64,000 nt of DNA from an uncultured Candidatus Rokubacteria bacterium (GTDB lineage Bacteria > Methylomirabilota > Methylomirabilia > Rokubacteriales > DASRDR01): assembly GCA_963708025.1 (NCBI GenBank), contig CAVPSB010000010.1:145762-209761 (forward strand), given 5' to 3'. Of the stretch, positions 28,776 through 40,862 are shown in pieces; position 1 is the stretch's first letter; each line of letters opens with the position of its first letter. The notes under the pieces are model-generated. The model saw only the letters and a list, made by a program, of their open reading frames with translations, had not been told where the DNA came from and ran no database searches. A program made the translations under genes and the position numbers.

Positions 28776-29936
28776 ATGGGGATGTGGATCGGTCGCGGCC
28801 GCAAAGCCCGGATCGCGTACGGGTTCGACGACATCGCCCTCGTCCCGGGGACCGTCACGGTCAACCCGAGCGAGGTTGACGTGTCCTGGGAACTGAGCGG
28901 CCGGCGGATCGAGCTGCCGATCATCGCGGCGGCGATGGACGGGGTGGGGGATCCGCGCTTCGCGGTCGAGATGGGCCGGCTAGGCGGGCTGGCCGTGCTG
29001 AACCTCGAAGGCATCCAGACCCGGTACGAGAACCCCGAGGAGGTCGTCGAGCGGATCGTCTCCTCCAGCCAGGAGGAGGCCACGCGCATCATCCAGTCGA
29101 TCTACGGGGAGCCGATCAAGGAAGAGCTGGTCCACCGCCGCGTGAGCGAGATCAAGAAAGGCGGCGGCGCCGTCGTCGTCTCCGTGATTCCCCAGCGTGC
29201 GATGCGGTTCGCCAAGCTCGCCGAGGAGGCGGGGGCCGATTTCTTCATCGTCCAGTCCACGGTCGCCACCGCCCGGCACCTCGCCACCGAGTACGAGCCG
29301 CTGGATTTCCGGAAGCTCAAGCGCGAGCTGACGGTGCCGCTCATCGTCGGCAACTGCGTCACCTACGAGGCGACGCTCGAGTTGATGCAGACCGGCGTGG
29401 ATGCCCTGCTGATCGGGGTCGGTCCCGGGGCGGCCTGCACGACCCGGGAGGTGCTGGGGCTGGGCGTGCCCCAGGTGACCGCGACCGCCGACTCGGCGGC
29501 GGCCCGTGACTTTTACTGGAAGCAGTCCGGCCGCTACGTCCCGATCATCACCGATGGCGGCATGACCACCGGCGGCGACATCTGCAAGGCCCTGGCGGCC
29601 GGCGCCGATGCCGTGATGATCGGCTCGGCGTTCGCCCGGGCGCTGGAGGCGCCGGGGCGCGGCTATCACTGGGGCATGGCCACGCCGCACTCCAACCTGC
29701 CGCGGGGGACCCGGATCCGGGTGGGCGTGGTGGGGCCGCTCGAGCAGATCCTGTTCGGGCCGGCCTTCACCGACGACGGCACCATGAACCTGATCGGGGC
29801 GCTCCGGACCTGCATGGGGTCGGTCGGGGCGCGCACGATCCGGGAGTTCCAGCTCACCGAGCTGATCCTCGCCCCCACGATCAAGACCGAGGGCAAGGTG
29901 TTCCAGAAGGCGCAGCGCATCGGCATGGGCAAATAG
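28776..29936 (+). CDS. IMP dehydrogenase-family protein lacking the CBS insert (GuaB3-like)
   Basis: TIM-barrel IMPDH/GMPR motifs ([17 protein letters not shown], GIGxP-like stretch) without a CBS pair. Located upstream of guaA. Confidence 0.8.
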   Translation: MGMWIGRGRKARIAYGFDDIALVPGTVTVNPSEVDVSWELSGRRIELPIIAAAMDGVGDPRFAVEMGRLGGLAVLNLEGIQTRYENPEEVVERIVSSSQEEATRIIQSIYGEPIKEELVHRRVSEIKKGGGAVVVSVIPQRAMRFAKLAEEAGADFFIVQSTVATARHLATEYEPLDFRKLKRELTVPLIVGNCVTYEATLELMQTGVDALLIGVGPGAACTTREVLGLGVPQVTATADSAAARDFYWKQSGRYVPIITDGGMTTGGDICKALAAGADAVMIGSAFARALEAPGRGYHWGMATPHSNLPRGTRIRVGVVGPLEQILFGPAFTDDGTMNLIGALRTCMGSVGARTIREFQLTELILAPTIKTEGKVFQKAQRIGMGK

Positions 29937-29984
29937 GAGGCGCGGCGGGCTCCGCGGCCGGGCCCATCGAAATGGAGATCCGGG

Positions 29985-31523
29985 ATGGATAAGGTCGCGG
30001 TCGTCGACTACGGGTCCCAGTACACCCAGCTCATCGCGCGCCGGATCCGCGAGGCGCACGTCTACTCCGAGATCTTCCCCCCCACCGTCCCTCTCGAGCG
30101 GCTCCGCCAGTACCAGGCGGTCGTGCTCTCCGGCGGACCGGCCAGCGTCTACGACGACGGCGCGCCGCTCCCGCCCCCCGCGCTGTTCGAGGCCGGCCTC
30201 CCCGTCCTCGGCATCTGCTACGGCATGCAGGCCATGGCCCGCGTGCTGGGGGGCGTCGTCGAGCCCACCCCCCATCGCGAGTACGGGCGGGCCGAGGTCC
30301 GGCTCGAAGCGCCCGACCCCCTGTTCGAGGGCGTCGCGCCGGACGCGGCGGGGGGCCTCACCGTCTGGATGAGCCACGGCGACACGGTGCTGGCGGCGCC
30401 ACCGGGATTCACGCGGCTCGCCAGCACGGCGAACAGCCCGGTGGCCGCGATGGCGCACCCCCGGCGCCGGCTGCTCGCGGTCCAGTTCCATCCCGAGGTG
30501 GCGCACACGCCGCAGGGCCCCCGCATCCTCCGGAACTTCCTCTTCCGGGTCGCCGGGCTCACCCCGGGCTGGAGCATGGCTTCCTTCGTGGACGAGGCGG
30601 TGGCCCAGATCCGGCGCCAGGTCGGGGACGAGCGTGTGCTCTGCGCGCTGTCCGGTGGCGTCGACTCCGCGGTGGCGGCCGCGCTCGTGCACCGGGCGGT
30701 GGGCGATCGGCTCACCTGCGTCTTCGTGGACAACGGGCTCCTGCGCAAGGGCGAGGGGGAGTCGGTCCGCCGTACCTTCCGCGAGCACTTCCGGATGAAC
30801 CTGGTCTACGTGGACGCCGCCGGCCGCTTTCTCGAGCGGCTCCACGGCGTCACCGACCCCGAGCAGAAGCGCAAGCTGATCGGGGCCGAGTTCATCGCCG
30901 TCTTCCAGGGCGAAGCCCGGCGCCTCGGCACCGTTCCGTTCCTGGTCCAGGGCACCCTCTATCCCGACGTGATCGAGTCCGTCTCCTTCCGGGGGCCGTC
31001 GGCGACGATCAAGACCCACCACAACGTCGGCGGCCTGCCCGCGGACCTCGGCTTCACGCTGGTGGAGCCGTTGCGGGAGCTGTTCAAGGACGAGGTCCGG
31101 GAGGTCGGGAGCCTCCTCGGCCTGCCGCGGGAGGTCGTGTGGCGCCAGCCGTTCCCGGGGCCGGGGCTAGCGGTCCGGATCCTCGGCGAGGTGACGGAAG
31201 ATCGGCTGGCCCTCGTCCGCGACGCCGACGCCATCGTTCAGGAGGAGATCGACGCGGCCGGGCTGGGGCGCGAGCTGTGGCAGGCCTTCGCCGTGCTGCT
31301 CCCGGTGCGGACCGTCGGCGTCATGGGCGACTTCCGCACGTATGCCCAGGTCATCGCGCTCCGGGCGGTGGTGAGCCAGGACGCGATGACGGCCGACTGG
31401 GCCCGGCTGCCCTACGAACTGCTGGCGGCGATCTCCACCCGGATCATCAACGAGGTCAAGGGGGTCAATCGGGTCGTCTACGACGTCTCGTCGAAGCCGC
31501 CCAGCACGATCGAGTGGGAGTAG
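29985..31523 (+). CDS. guaA: GMP synthase (glutamine-hydrolysing)
   Basis: Class-I GATase (GICYGMQ), ATP-PPase SGGVDS motif, C-terminal dimerisation domain ending ...IEWE. Confidence 0.95.
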   Translation: MDKVAVVDYGSQYTQLIARRIREAHVYSEIFPPTVPLERLRQYQAVVLSGGPASVYDDGAPLPPPALFEAGLPVLGICYGMQAMARVLGGVVEPTPHREYGRAEVRLEAPDPLFEGVAPDAAGGLTVWMSHGDTVLAAPPGFTRLASTANSPVAAMAHPRRRLLAVQFHPEVAHTPQGPRILRNFLFRVAGLTPGWSMASFVDEAVAQIRRQVGDERVLCALSGGVDSAVAAALVHRAVGDRLTCVFVDNGLLRKGEGESVRRTFREHFRMNLVYVDAAGRFLERLHGVTDPEQKRKLIGAEFIAVFQGEARRLGTVPFLVQGTLYPDVIESVSFRGPSATIKTHHNVGGLPADLGFTLVEPLRELFKDEVREVGSLLGLPREVVWRQPFPGPGLAVRILGEVTEDRLALVRDADAIVQEEIDAAGLGRELWQAFAVLLPVRTVGVMGDFRTYAQVIALRAVVSQDAMTADWARLPYELLAAISTRIINEVKGVNRVVYDVSSKPPSTIEWE

Positions 31524-31550
31524 GGGGTCCGTTCGGAGGGAGGACGGCTG

Positions 31551-32523
31551 ATGAGTAAGCTCGTCTTCGCGGCGGTCGTGCTCGTGGTCGGGCTCGGGCT
31601 GTACGGCGCGCTCCGGCGCCAGGCTGACCGGCTGCCGGCCGGCCTCCGCTCGCTCGGTCCGGGGCTGGTCCTGGTGCTCGCGATCGGGATCCCGGCCGCC
31701 ATCCTGGCCTTCTCAGTGTTACGAATCATCCCGGCCGGCCAGGTCGGCGTGAAGGTCCTGTTCGGCCAGGTCGAAACCGTCCCCCTCCGGGAGGGGCTCA
31801 ACCTGCTGTGGAACCCCCTCTACGACATCGTCACCATGGACACCCGGGTCGGCCGCCACACGGCGAAGTACGACGCCGCCTCGAAGGACCTCCAGGCGGT
31901 TCACGTGGAGATGGTGCTCAACTACCGCCTCATTCCCGAGCGGGCGCCCGAGGTCTATCGCGGCATCGGGCTCGGTTACTCGTCGGTCATCATCGACCCG
32001 GCGGCCCAGGAGGTGCTGAAGGCCAACACGGCCATCCATAACGCCGCCGAGATCCTGCTCAAGCGGCCGGCGATCAAGGCCGACATCCAGCGGGACCTGA
32101 CGGTCTGGCTCGCCAAGTACGGCATCGAGTTGAAGGAGGCCGCCCTCGCCAACATCCGATTCGACCCCAATTACGAGAAGCGCGATCGAGGCCAAGCAGA
32201 TCGAGGAGCAGAAGGCCGAGCAGAAGCGCTACGAGCTGATCCAGGCCCAGCGCCAGGCCGAGATCGTGGCGGCCGAGGCCAAGGGCAAGGGGGACGCCGC
32301 GCGCGAGGAGGCCCGGGGCGTGGCCGAGGCCCTCCGGCTCAAGGGCGAGGCGGAGGCCACCTACAACGCGAAGGTCTCCTCGTCGCTGACCCCGGTCCTC
32401 ATCCAGCAGCAGTACCTCGCGCGCTGGGACGGCCGGCTCCCGCAGTATAGCCTCGGCGGCAACGTCGTCCCGTTCCTCTCGATACCGGGGGGACCGGGCG
32501 AGCCGCGTCGCCCGGGCTCGTGA
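31551..32523 (+). CDS. SPFH/band-7 (prohibitin/HflC-like) membrane protein; 1-nt insertion near 32181 splits it into two track ORFs
   Basis: N-terminal TM, then the band-7 domain. After FDPNYEK the reading continues in the +1 frame (AIEAKQIEEQKAEQKRYELIQAQ...), which is the ORF listed at 32266..32523. Confidence 0.7.
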
Positions 32524-32646
32524 CGGTCCGGCGCGGCCGCGACGGCGCCGGGTCCGGACCACGGACCGCCTCGCGCCGCCACCTGGGGCGGAGCGCCTCG
32601 GTCACGACGCCGGCGAGGGAATGACGGGCGGGGAAGGAGGCGGCAC

Positions 32647-33156
32647 ATGGAAGGCCTCGGACGGTGGTTCGTCGGCATCGCGTTTCTTTGGGTGGCGATC
32701 ATCCTGCTGTGGGGACTGGCGGTGGGCGTCGATCAGCCCTACGCCTGGTTCAAGTGGGCCAAGGATTCCAGCGGCTACGGCTGGATGAACCCGGTCTGGC
32801 TGGGCCTGGCCCTCTTCGTGGTGCCGATGGGCATGCTGGTGTTCCTGCGCGACATCATGGGGGATCCGGGGCCCTCCTGGGTCAAGTGGGCGGCGCCCGG
32901 GACCTTCCTGGCGGTCTACGCGTTCTTCCTCCTCAACGTCCTCCCGGACCAGGGCGGCTCGTCTCTTTACTTCGGGATCGAGTCGACGATCAACCCGGCG
33001 GTCGCGACGCCGACGGCGGGGCTGGGCACCGTCAGCACGACGAGCTGGCTGGCGCGGGTGGGGCTCACCATCGCCGTCCTCGGCGGGGTGCCGGCAGTCA
33101 TCGGCGCCGTTGTCGGGATGATGGGGGGCTCCAAATCTGGGGCCCGCCGCCGTTGA
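32647..33156 (+). CDS. hypothetical integral membrane protein (4 predicted TM helices)
   Basis: Hydrophobic segments, Trp-rich. No recognisable family. Confidence 0.5.
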   Translation: MEGLGRWFVGIAFLWVAIILLWGLAVGVDQPYAWFKWAKDSSGYGWMNPVWLGLALFVVPMGMLVFLRDIMGDPGPSWVKWAAPGTFLAVYAFFLLNVLPDQGGSSLYFGIESTINPAVATPTAGLGTVSTTSWLARVGLTIAVLGGVPAVIGAVVGMMGGSKSGARRR

Positions 33157-33160
33157 CCGT

Positions 33161-33280
33161 CGCGGGGCGACACCCGTCGCCGCGGGTCGTCCTCGGGCCG
33201 GGCCGGTCCTCGGCGTATGCGGCATACGCCTCCGGCCGGCCCGGCCCTGCGTCCTACCGCGGCTCGGGTCTCGCCCCGCG
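33161..33280. repeat. MITE-like repeat family 1, copy E (short variant)
   Basis: TIRs CGCGGGGCGA / TCGCCCCGCG. Internal palindrome GGCGTATGCGGCATACGCC. Begins 5 nt after the stop of the membrane-protein gene. Confidence 0.7.
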
Positions 33281-33375
33281 ACGAGCGACTCGAGCCCCGA
33301 CGCGCGACAGGGTAGACAGACGGACGCTTGGCACGGGCGTGTGGCCCTTGGAGCAGGTCAGAGGGGAGTAAGTCG

Positions 33376-36300
33376 GTGAGCGAGGGGAAGGCGCCGCGCG
33401 CGGACTTCGTCCATCTCCACGTGCACTCGGAGTACAGCCTGCTCGATGGGGCAGCCCATCTCAAGCGCCTCGTCGAGCGGGCGGCCCAGCTCGGCTTCCC
33501 GGCCCTCGCGCTGACGGACCACGGGAACCTCTTCGGGGCCATGGACTTCTACCAGCTCGCCCACGCCGCCGGTGTCAAGCCCATCCTCGGCGCCGAGCTC
33601 TACGTGGCGCCGGGGAGCCGGACGGACCGGGCGCCCCTCGACGGGCAGTACGAGGGCGCCAACCACGTGACGGTGCTGGTCCGGAACCTCGCCGGCTACC
33701 GGAACCTGATCAAGCTGGTCTCGAAGGGGTACCTGGAGGGCTTCTACTACAAGCCGCGGGTCGACAAGCCGCTCCTGGCCGAGCACGCCGACGGGCTCCT
33801 CGTCCTCTCCGGGTGTCTCAACTCCGAGATCTCGCGACTTCTGCTGGCCGGGGACCGGCGGAAGGCCCGGGACATCGCAGGCTGGTACCGCGAGGTCTTC
33901 GGGCGCGACCACTACTTCATGGAAGTGCAGGCCCACGGGCTGCCGGACCAGATCCGGGTGACGGAGGGCACGCTCGGGATCGCCGAGACCCTCGGCGTCG
34001 GCCTGGTCGGGACGAACGACTCGCACTACCTGGAGGCCGCCGACGCCCGCGCCCACGAGGTCCTGCTGTGCCTCCAGACCGGGGCCAAGCTCTCCGACCC
34101 GACCCGGTGGCGTTTCTCCACCGAGGAGTTCTACCTGAAGTCGGCCGAGGAGATGCGGAAGGTCTTCGCCGAGCTGCCCGAGGCCTACGCGAACACGCTC
34201 GCCGTCGCCGAGCAGTGCGACCTCAAGCTCGCGTTCGGGCAGTTCCACCTGCCGCGATACGAGGTGCCCGCCGGGCACACCCTGGACAGCTACCTGCGGG
34301 AGCTGGCGGAGGTCGGGCTCCGCCAGCGCTACCCGGAGGCAGCGCCTGATGTGCGCGAGCGGCTCGAGTACGAGTTGCGGGTCATCCGGGAGATGCAGTT
34401 CTCGGGCTACTTCCTGGTCGTGTGGGACTTCATCAAGTACGCGAAGGACCGGGGGATCGCCGTGGGCCCCGGCCGGGGCTCGGCGGCGGCGTCGCTGGTG
34501 GCGTACTGCCTGGGGATCACGACGGTCGACCCGCTGCGCTACGGCCTGGTATTCGAGCGGTTCCTGAACCCCGGCCGCAAGTCGATGCCCGACATGGACA
34601 TCGACTTCGCGGACGACCGCCGGGACGAGGTGATCCGCTACGTCGAGCAGAAATACGGGCGCGACCGGGTCGCCCAGATCATCACCTTCAACGTGCTCAA
34701 GGCCAAGGCGGTGATCCGGGACGTGGGGCGGGTCCTCGGGATGCCGTTCGGCGACGTCGACCGGATCGCCAAGCTGGTGCCGGAGACCCTGAACATCACC
34801 CTCGACGAGGCCCTCCGGCAGTCGCCACCGCTGGCCGAGACGGTCAAGACCCGGCCCGAGGTCGGGGAGCTGTGGCAGATCGCCAAGCGGCTGGAGGGGC
34901 TCTCGCGCCACGCCGGCAAGCACGCTGCCGGCGTGGTGATCTCGGACGAGCCGCTGATCGAGCACGTCCCGCTCTACCGGGACCCGAAGGGCGAGGAGAT
35001 CATCACCCAGTACCCGATGGGTCCGATCGAGAAGCTCGGGCTCCTGAAGATGGACTTTCTCGGGCTCCGCACCCTGACCGTGCTCGCCAACACGGTCCAG
35101 CTCGTCGCGGAGAGCCGGGGCCTGCACCTGGATCTCGAGCGGCTGCCCTTCGACGACGCCCGGACCTACCAGCTCCTCTCCGAGGCCCGGACCTTCGGGG
35201 TGTTCCAGCTCGAATCGGCCGGGATGCGGGACGCGCTCCGCCAGCTCCGGCCGGAGCGCCTCGAGGACGTCATCGCCATGGTCGCCCTCTACCGGCCGGG
35301 GCCCATGCAGATGATTCCCGACTTCACGGCGCGCCGCCACGGTCGCGTCAAGCCCACCTATGAGCACCCGGTGATGGAAAAGCACCTGCAGGAGACCTAC
35401 GGGATCATGGTCTACCAGGAGCAGGTGCTCCGGATCGCGTCGGACATGGCCGGCTTCTCGATGAGCGAGGCCGACGACCTGCGCAAGGCCATGGGCAAGA
35501 AGATCGCCGCGCTCATGGGCGAGCAGCGCGCGAAGTTCCTGGCCGGAGCCAAGACCCGTGGCGTCAAGGAGAAGGTGGCCCAGCGCGTGTTCGAGTTGAT
35601 GGAGAAGTTCGCGGGCTACGGCTTCAACAAGGCCCACGCCTCGGCCTACGGGATCGTCGCCTACCAGACCGCGTACCTGAAGGCCAACTACCCGGTGGAG
35701 TTCATGGCCGCCCTCCTGACCTCCGAGATGGCCAACACCGACAAGGTGGTGGTGCACATCGAGGAGTGCCGGGCGATGGGCCTCGAGGTCCGGCCGCCCG
35801 ACGTCAACGTCTCGGGCCTCCGCTTCGGGGTGACCGGCGGCACCATCCGCTTCGGGCTCGGCGCCATCAAGAACGTGGGGGAGAAGGCGATCGAGTCCAT
35901 CGTGACTTCCCGTGAGCGGGAGGGGTCCTTCAGCTCGCTGGCCGACTTCTGCCGCCGGGTTGACCTCCAGCTCGTGAACCGCCGGGTCGTGGAGAGCCTC
36001 GTCAAGGCCGGCGCCTTCGACTCGCTGGGATTGGCTCGCGCCCAGCTCATCGCGGGGCTCGACGGCGCGCTCGAGGAGGGCCAGCGGAGCCAGCGGGAGC
36101 GCGAGCAGGGGCAGGCGTCGATCTTCGACCTGCTGGGGGGAGACGGCGCGGCGCCGCCGGTGGCGACGGCGCCGGCCGAGCCGCCGGTGCCGGAGTGGGA
36201 CCTGGACACGCTCCTCCTGAACGAGAAGGAAGTCCTCGGCTTCTACCTCTCCGGCCATCCGCTGAAAGGCATCTGGGCCCAGGCCCAGCGGCTCGGCGCC

Positions 36301-36827
36301 ATCGGCATCGCGGACCTGGCCAGCCGGGAGGACGGCGCCCGCGTCCTCCTGTGCGGCCTGGTCGCCGCCGTGCGAGAGATCAACACCAAGAACGGCGACC
36401 GCATGGCCTTCGCGACCCTGGAGGACATGGACGGCGCCGTCGAGCTCACCGTCTTTCCCGAGACCTTCCGGCAGAGCGGCACCCACCTCAAGAGCGGGGT
36501 ACCGCTCCTGGTGCGGGGCAAGGTCGAGGGGAGCGTGACCGCCCGGAAGCTCCTGGCCGAGGACATCCGGCCGCTGGGGGAGGCTGACAGCGCGGCGCCG
36601 CTCCCGTCGAGCTGCCGCATCCGGGTCGGCGGGCCGGCCGCCAGCGAGGCGCTCCGGAGTCTGCGGGCCCTCTGCGCCGCGCATGCCGGCCCCGTCCCCC
36701 TGTTCGTCCACGTCGAGGTCGACGGCGCCGAGGTCGTGGTCCGCTCGCGGGCCGTCACCGTCCGTCCCTCGGCCGCATTCGTGGCGGCGGTGGAGGGTCT
36801 CCTCGGGAGCCGGACCGTCCGGCTGGA

Positions 36828-36831
<4 letters not shown>
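33376..36831 (+). CDS. dnaE: DNA polymerase III alpha subunit
   Basis: N-terminal PHP domain (HLHVHSEYSLLDG), polymerase core, OB fold. GTG start with GAGGGGAGTAAG RBS. 1151 aa. Confidence 0.95.
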
Positions 36832-37787
<956 letters not shown>

Positions 37788-37792
37788 AAGAC

Positions 37793-37860
37793 TTCCGGGG
37801 GGTCTCGGAAGACCTCCCCGACGCCCCCCTCGGTTGCGGCGGCGAAGCCGCCGCACGGAC
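37793..37860 (+). repeat. REP-like element family 2, degenerate copy
   Basis: GGGGGGTCTCGGAAGACCTCCCCGACGCCCCCCTCGGTTGCGGCGGCGAAGCCGCCGC, 6 nt after the accA stop and convergent with the SorC regulator gene. Confidence 0.65.
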
Positions 37861-37931
37861 GCTCTGCACGGATCACCCCGCACTGACCGCGAGGCGCCGT
37901 TGCTCCAAACGGCCTGCCGCGGGCGGGCTCG

Positions 37932-38987
37932 TCAGGATCGGGCGGAGGGGCGGCCGTCCGGTCCGGCCGCGGCCAGCAGCGCCGTCGCCGTCTCCTCGTC
38001 GGTCACCAGCACGTTCGCGAACCGGCCGCGCATCGCGCCGAGGATGGCCTCCCGCTTGTCCGGCCCGCCGGCCACGGCGATCACCAGCTTCCCGTATTCG
38101 GCCGACAGCTCGCGAAGGCGGCCCGGGGGGACCCCGAGCACCCGCTGGGTCAGCGGCCGGAGCGCCGCCCGGTTGACGAGGACGCCCTGCCGGTCGTAGG
38201 GGTGATAGTTGATCTCGCCGACCACGCCCAGGGCCCGCAGCCGCCGCACGCTGACCCCGTGGAAGGCGGCCAGCGAGCAGAAGCCGGCGGTGGCCTCGCC
38301 GATGAGGCCGATGCCGACCAGGGCGATGTCCACGTCGTTGGCCCCCTCGTAGATCCGCCGGACCTCCCCCTTCCGGAGGAGGCGCCGCCGCTCGCGCTGG
38401 ATCTCGGCCAGGGAGCCCAGGACCTGCACGGGCAGGGCGTAGGCCCGGACGTGGGGGCGATACTTGGCGGCCATCATGCCGACCAGCGTGTTGGGGAAGA
38501 GATCGACGAGTTGGAGCGTGCTCTCGGCCGAGAGGGGGTAGAGCGTGAGGTCGCGGAACCGTCGCTCGCGGAGCGCGCGGATCAGGCAGTAGAGGGTGTA
38601 GCCGCACGAGAGGCCGACCCGAACGCCGTCGGCGGCCACCTTCTCGAAGTAGCGGGCGGCCGCCACTCCCAGGTCCTCCTTCAGGTCCCGGGTCTCGCCG
38701 GTGGGGATCACCACGGCGTCCCGGAGCTGGAAGCGCTCGACCAGCGCCGCTTCCAGGCGCGGGCGCTTGGGCAGCTCGATCTCGACGCGGACCACCCCCT
38801 CGGCGAAGGCCCGCTTGAGGAGCCGCGAGACCTTGGACGAGGACATGCCCAGCTCGCGCGCGATCTCGTTCTGGTGGCGCTGAGCCCGGTAGTAGAGCTG
38901 GACGCAGCGGACCATCTGTCGGAGCTCGTCCTGTCCGGCGCCCTCGCGTCCCGGCATCGCCGCCTCCCGGGTGTTCCCCTGGCTCAT
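37932..38987 (-). CDS. SorC/DeoR-family sugar-binding transcriptional regulator (CggR-like)
   Basis: N-terminal HTH (ELRQMVRCVQLYYRAQRHQNEIAREL), then a SorC sugar-phosphate binding domain. Divergent from the FBP aldolase/phosphatase gene. Confidence 0.8.
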   Translation of the reverse strand: MSQGNTREAAMPGREGAGQDELRQMVRCVQLYYRAQRHQNEIARELGMSSSKVSRLLKRAFAEGVVRVEIELPKRPRLEAALVERFQLRDAVVIPTGETRDLKEDLGVAAARYFEKVAADGVRVGLSCGYTLYCLIRALRERRFRDLTLYPLSAESTLQLVDLFPNTLVGMMAAKYRPHVRAYALPVQVLGSLAEIQRERRRLLRKGEVRRIYEGANDVDIALVGIGLIGEATAGFCSLAAFHGVSVRRLRALGVVGEINYHPYDRQGVLVNRAALRPLTQRVLGVPPGRLRELSAEYGKLVIAVAGGPDKREAILGAMRGRFANVLVTDEETATALLAAAGPDGRPSARS

Positions 38988-39129
38988 GCAAGAAATTGCA
39001 CGGCCCGCCGTTTTTGGCTTGACACGTCAGATTCTAGCAGGCTAGGGTAAAACCATCACGATTTTCGTCCGGCGCCGGCGGGCCCAGATGCGCGGGCCGC
39101 CCCACCCCTTGCCAAGGAGGCTGACTGCA
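38988..39129. promoter_or_regulatory. AT-richer divergent control region between the SorC/CggR-like regulator and the FBP aldolase/phosphatase gene
   Basis: Locally low GC (GCAAGAAATTGCACGGCCCGCCGTTTTTGGCTTGACACGTCAGATTCTAGCAGGCTAGGGTAAAACC). TTGACA at 39017-39022 with TAGGGT/TAAAAC -10 candidates. Inverted repeat TGCAA-N4-TTGCA at 38987-39000. AAGGAGG RBS at ~39114. Confidence 0.45.
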
Positions 39130-40611
39130 ATGGCGCAGAAACGGTACGGGTCCGGCGGGAGCGGGCGGCGCATTGCGCTCGTCGAGTACCACCAGTCGCG
39201 CGAGAACCTGAGCGAGTTCCCCCCCACCACCGCCGAGAAGATTCCCGTCACCAACACCCCGAACATCTTCTCCTACAAGTCCCACGTCTTCGCCCGGAAG
39301 CCCGAGCTGATCCAGCGCTTCGTCAAGGCCACCAAGGCCGACGTCGGCGGCGTCGGCGGCCACGTCGTCGCCGCGGAAGAGGTCAAGGGGGTGGTCGCCA
39401 AGTTCGTGCTCGAGAACAACGGCTACCACGGCGAGCCCATCTTCACCTCGCTCATGGTGACCCACACCGGAGACGACGTCGCGGTTACCGGGATCATGTC
39501 CGAGCTGGTCCCGATGGAGGTCGTGGACGAGCTGTTGTGGGACGCGCTGTCGGAGGGCGCGACCAAGGCGTCCGAGCTCGGCCTCTACGGCCCGGGGCAG
39601 GACCTCATCGCGGACGCATTCACCGGTAACCTGCGCGGAACCGGGCCGGCCAGCATCGTGCTGCCCCTGCCGGTGCGGCCGGAGAACCCGTCCCAGACGG
39701 TCGTGGCGTCCTTCGCCGACAAGACCGAGCCGATGGCGTACAACTACTACGCCACCGGCGCCTATTTGTTGCCCCGCTTCAACACCGGGCTGGTGATCGC
39801 GTCATCGAAGATGAAGCGTGGCTACGTGTTCGAGATCGTGGACCTCGACACCAAGGCCCAGGCCATCGAGGCCGGCGCCCATCCCAAAGACCAGCGCGCC
39901 CTGGACGGTAAGATGGAGGAGCTGTCCAAGGGGCTGCAGGAGAAGGTGATCACGCTGCGGGCTCCCGAGGATCTCTACGACATCGAGGGCCTCACGCGCT
40001 CCTCCCGGTTCGTGGTGGCGCGCATCTGGACCCGGGACGACGGCGACGAGAAGGGTCAGCTCGGGTACGTCGTCTCGGCGGAGCGGCTCCACAACATCAA
40101 GAGCAAGAAGGGGTTCACTTACGGCGGCAAGGACGACCCGGTGCTCCTGGCCTTCGCCCAGGGCGACTGGCCAGCGCCCGGCGAGCTGACCTCGCCGTGG
40201 GCGGCCTGCCCGATGGTGGCCGGGGACTGCCGGGGGAGCCACAACCTCCACATCCTGCCGGTCCCGATCAACTGGCAGACCTCCTACTGGTCGGGCCCCA
40301 TCGTCTCCTGTCTCACCCTGTCGGTGAACCTGAACGCCGGGCGGATCGGGGCGATCTCCGACCAGTTCGCCCTCGGGACCCCCTGGGACGGGATCCGCCA
40401 GAAGGCCGGCGAGCTCGCCGTGCAGTTCCGCTCGGCCCACGGCATCAAGCAGCCGGCCACGCTCCACGAGGACGAACTGGAGTACCAGGAGGGCTGGAAG
40501 GAGCGGCGCGGCCGGCTGGAGAGCCAGTTCGAGCTGAAGCCGCCACTGGTCTGGAACGGCAACGGCAAGAAGGGACGCGAACGCGCGACCCGACCGGCGG
40601 TGCGGACCTGA
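39130..40611 (+). CDS. fructose-1,6-bisphosphate aldolase/phosphatase (class V FBPase) homologue with N-/C-terminal extensions
   Basis: Motifs KADVGGVGGH, HTGDD, LGLYGPGQDLIADAFTGNLRG, ADKTEPMAYN, YGGKDDPV, CRGSH match the archaeal-type FBPA/P. Strong AAGGAGG RBS 8 nt upstream of the ATG. ~493 aa, versus ~360-390 aa for canonical members. Confidence 0.7.
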   Translation: MAQKRYGSGGSGRRIALVEYHQSRENLSEFPPTTAEKIPVTNTPNIFSYKSHVFARKPELIQRFVKATKADVGGVGGHVVAAEEVKGVVAKFVLENNGYHGEPIFTSLMVTHTGDDVAVTGIMSELVPMEVVDELLWDALSEGATKASELGLYGPGQDLIADAFTGNLRGTGPASIVLPLPVRPENPSQTVVASFADKTEPMAYNYYATGAYLLPRFNTGLVIASSKMKRGYVFEIVDLDTKAQAIEAGAHPKDQRALDGKMEELSKGLQEKVITLRAPEDLYDIEGLTRSSRFVVARIWTRDDGDEKGQLGYVVSAERLHNIKSKKGFTYGGKDDPVLLAFAQGDWPAPGELTSPWAACPMVAGDCRGSHNLHILPVPINWQTSYWSGPIVSCLTLSVNLNAGRIGAISDQFALGTPWDGIRQKAGELAVQFRSAHGIKQPATLHEDELEYQEGWKERRGRLESQFELKPPLVWNGNGKKGRERATRPAVRT

Positions 40612-40638
40612 CCCGTCGAGCACCCCGCGGGGGCGACC

Positions 40639-40673
40639 GATTCCCCTGGCGCCGGGGGCGGGCCAGGGGAATC
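40639..40673 (+). terminator. stem-loop terminator candidate downstream of the FBP aldolase/phosphatase gene
   Basis: GATTCCCCTGGC-(10 nt)-GCCAGGGGAATC, perfect 12-bp stem. No U-tract (expected in a high-GC genome). Confidence 0.45.
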
Positions 40674-40705
40674 ACCCGTTCCCCGACCGTTGTCGGGCCG
40701 TTCGA

Positions 40706-40735
40706 TTGACAACGCTGGGGGCCGGATGGTAGTGT
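40706..40735 (+). promoter_or_regulatory. candidate sigma-70 promoter for the BFN-nuclease/GT4 genes
   Basis: TTGACA (40706-40711), 18-bp spacer, TAGTGT. ~125-nt leader before the ATG at 40863. Confidence 0.35.
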
Positions 40736-40862
40736 GAGGGCGTTACGCGAAACCGCTCGAATCCTATGCCAAATTCCGTACAGACGTGCGCGAGCACCGG
40801 GGATCCCGAATGGCGAGGGACATCGGCGCGCGGAGAGAGGTCACCGGGCCTAGGAGGGGACG

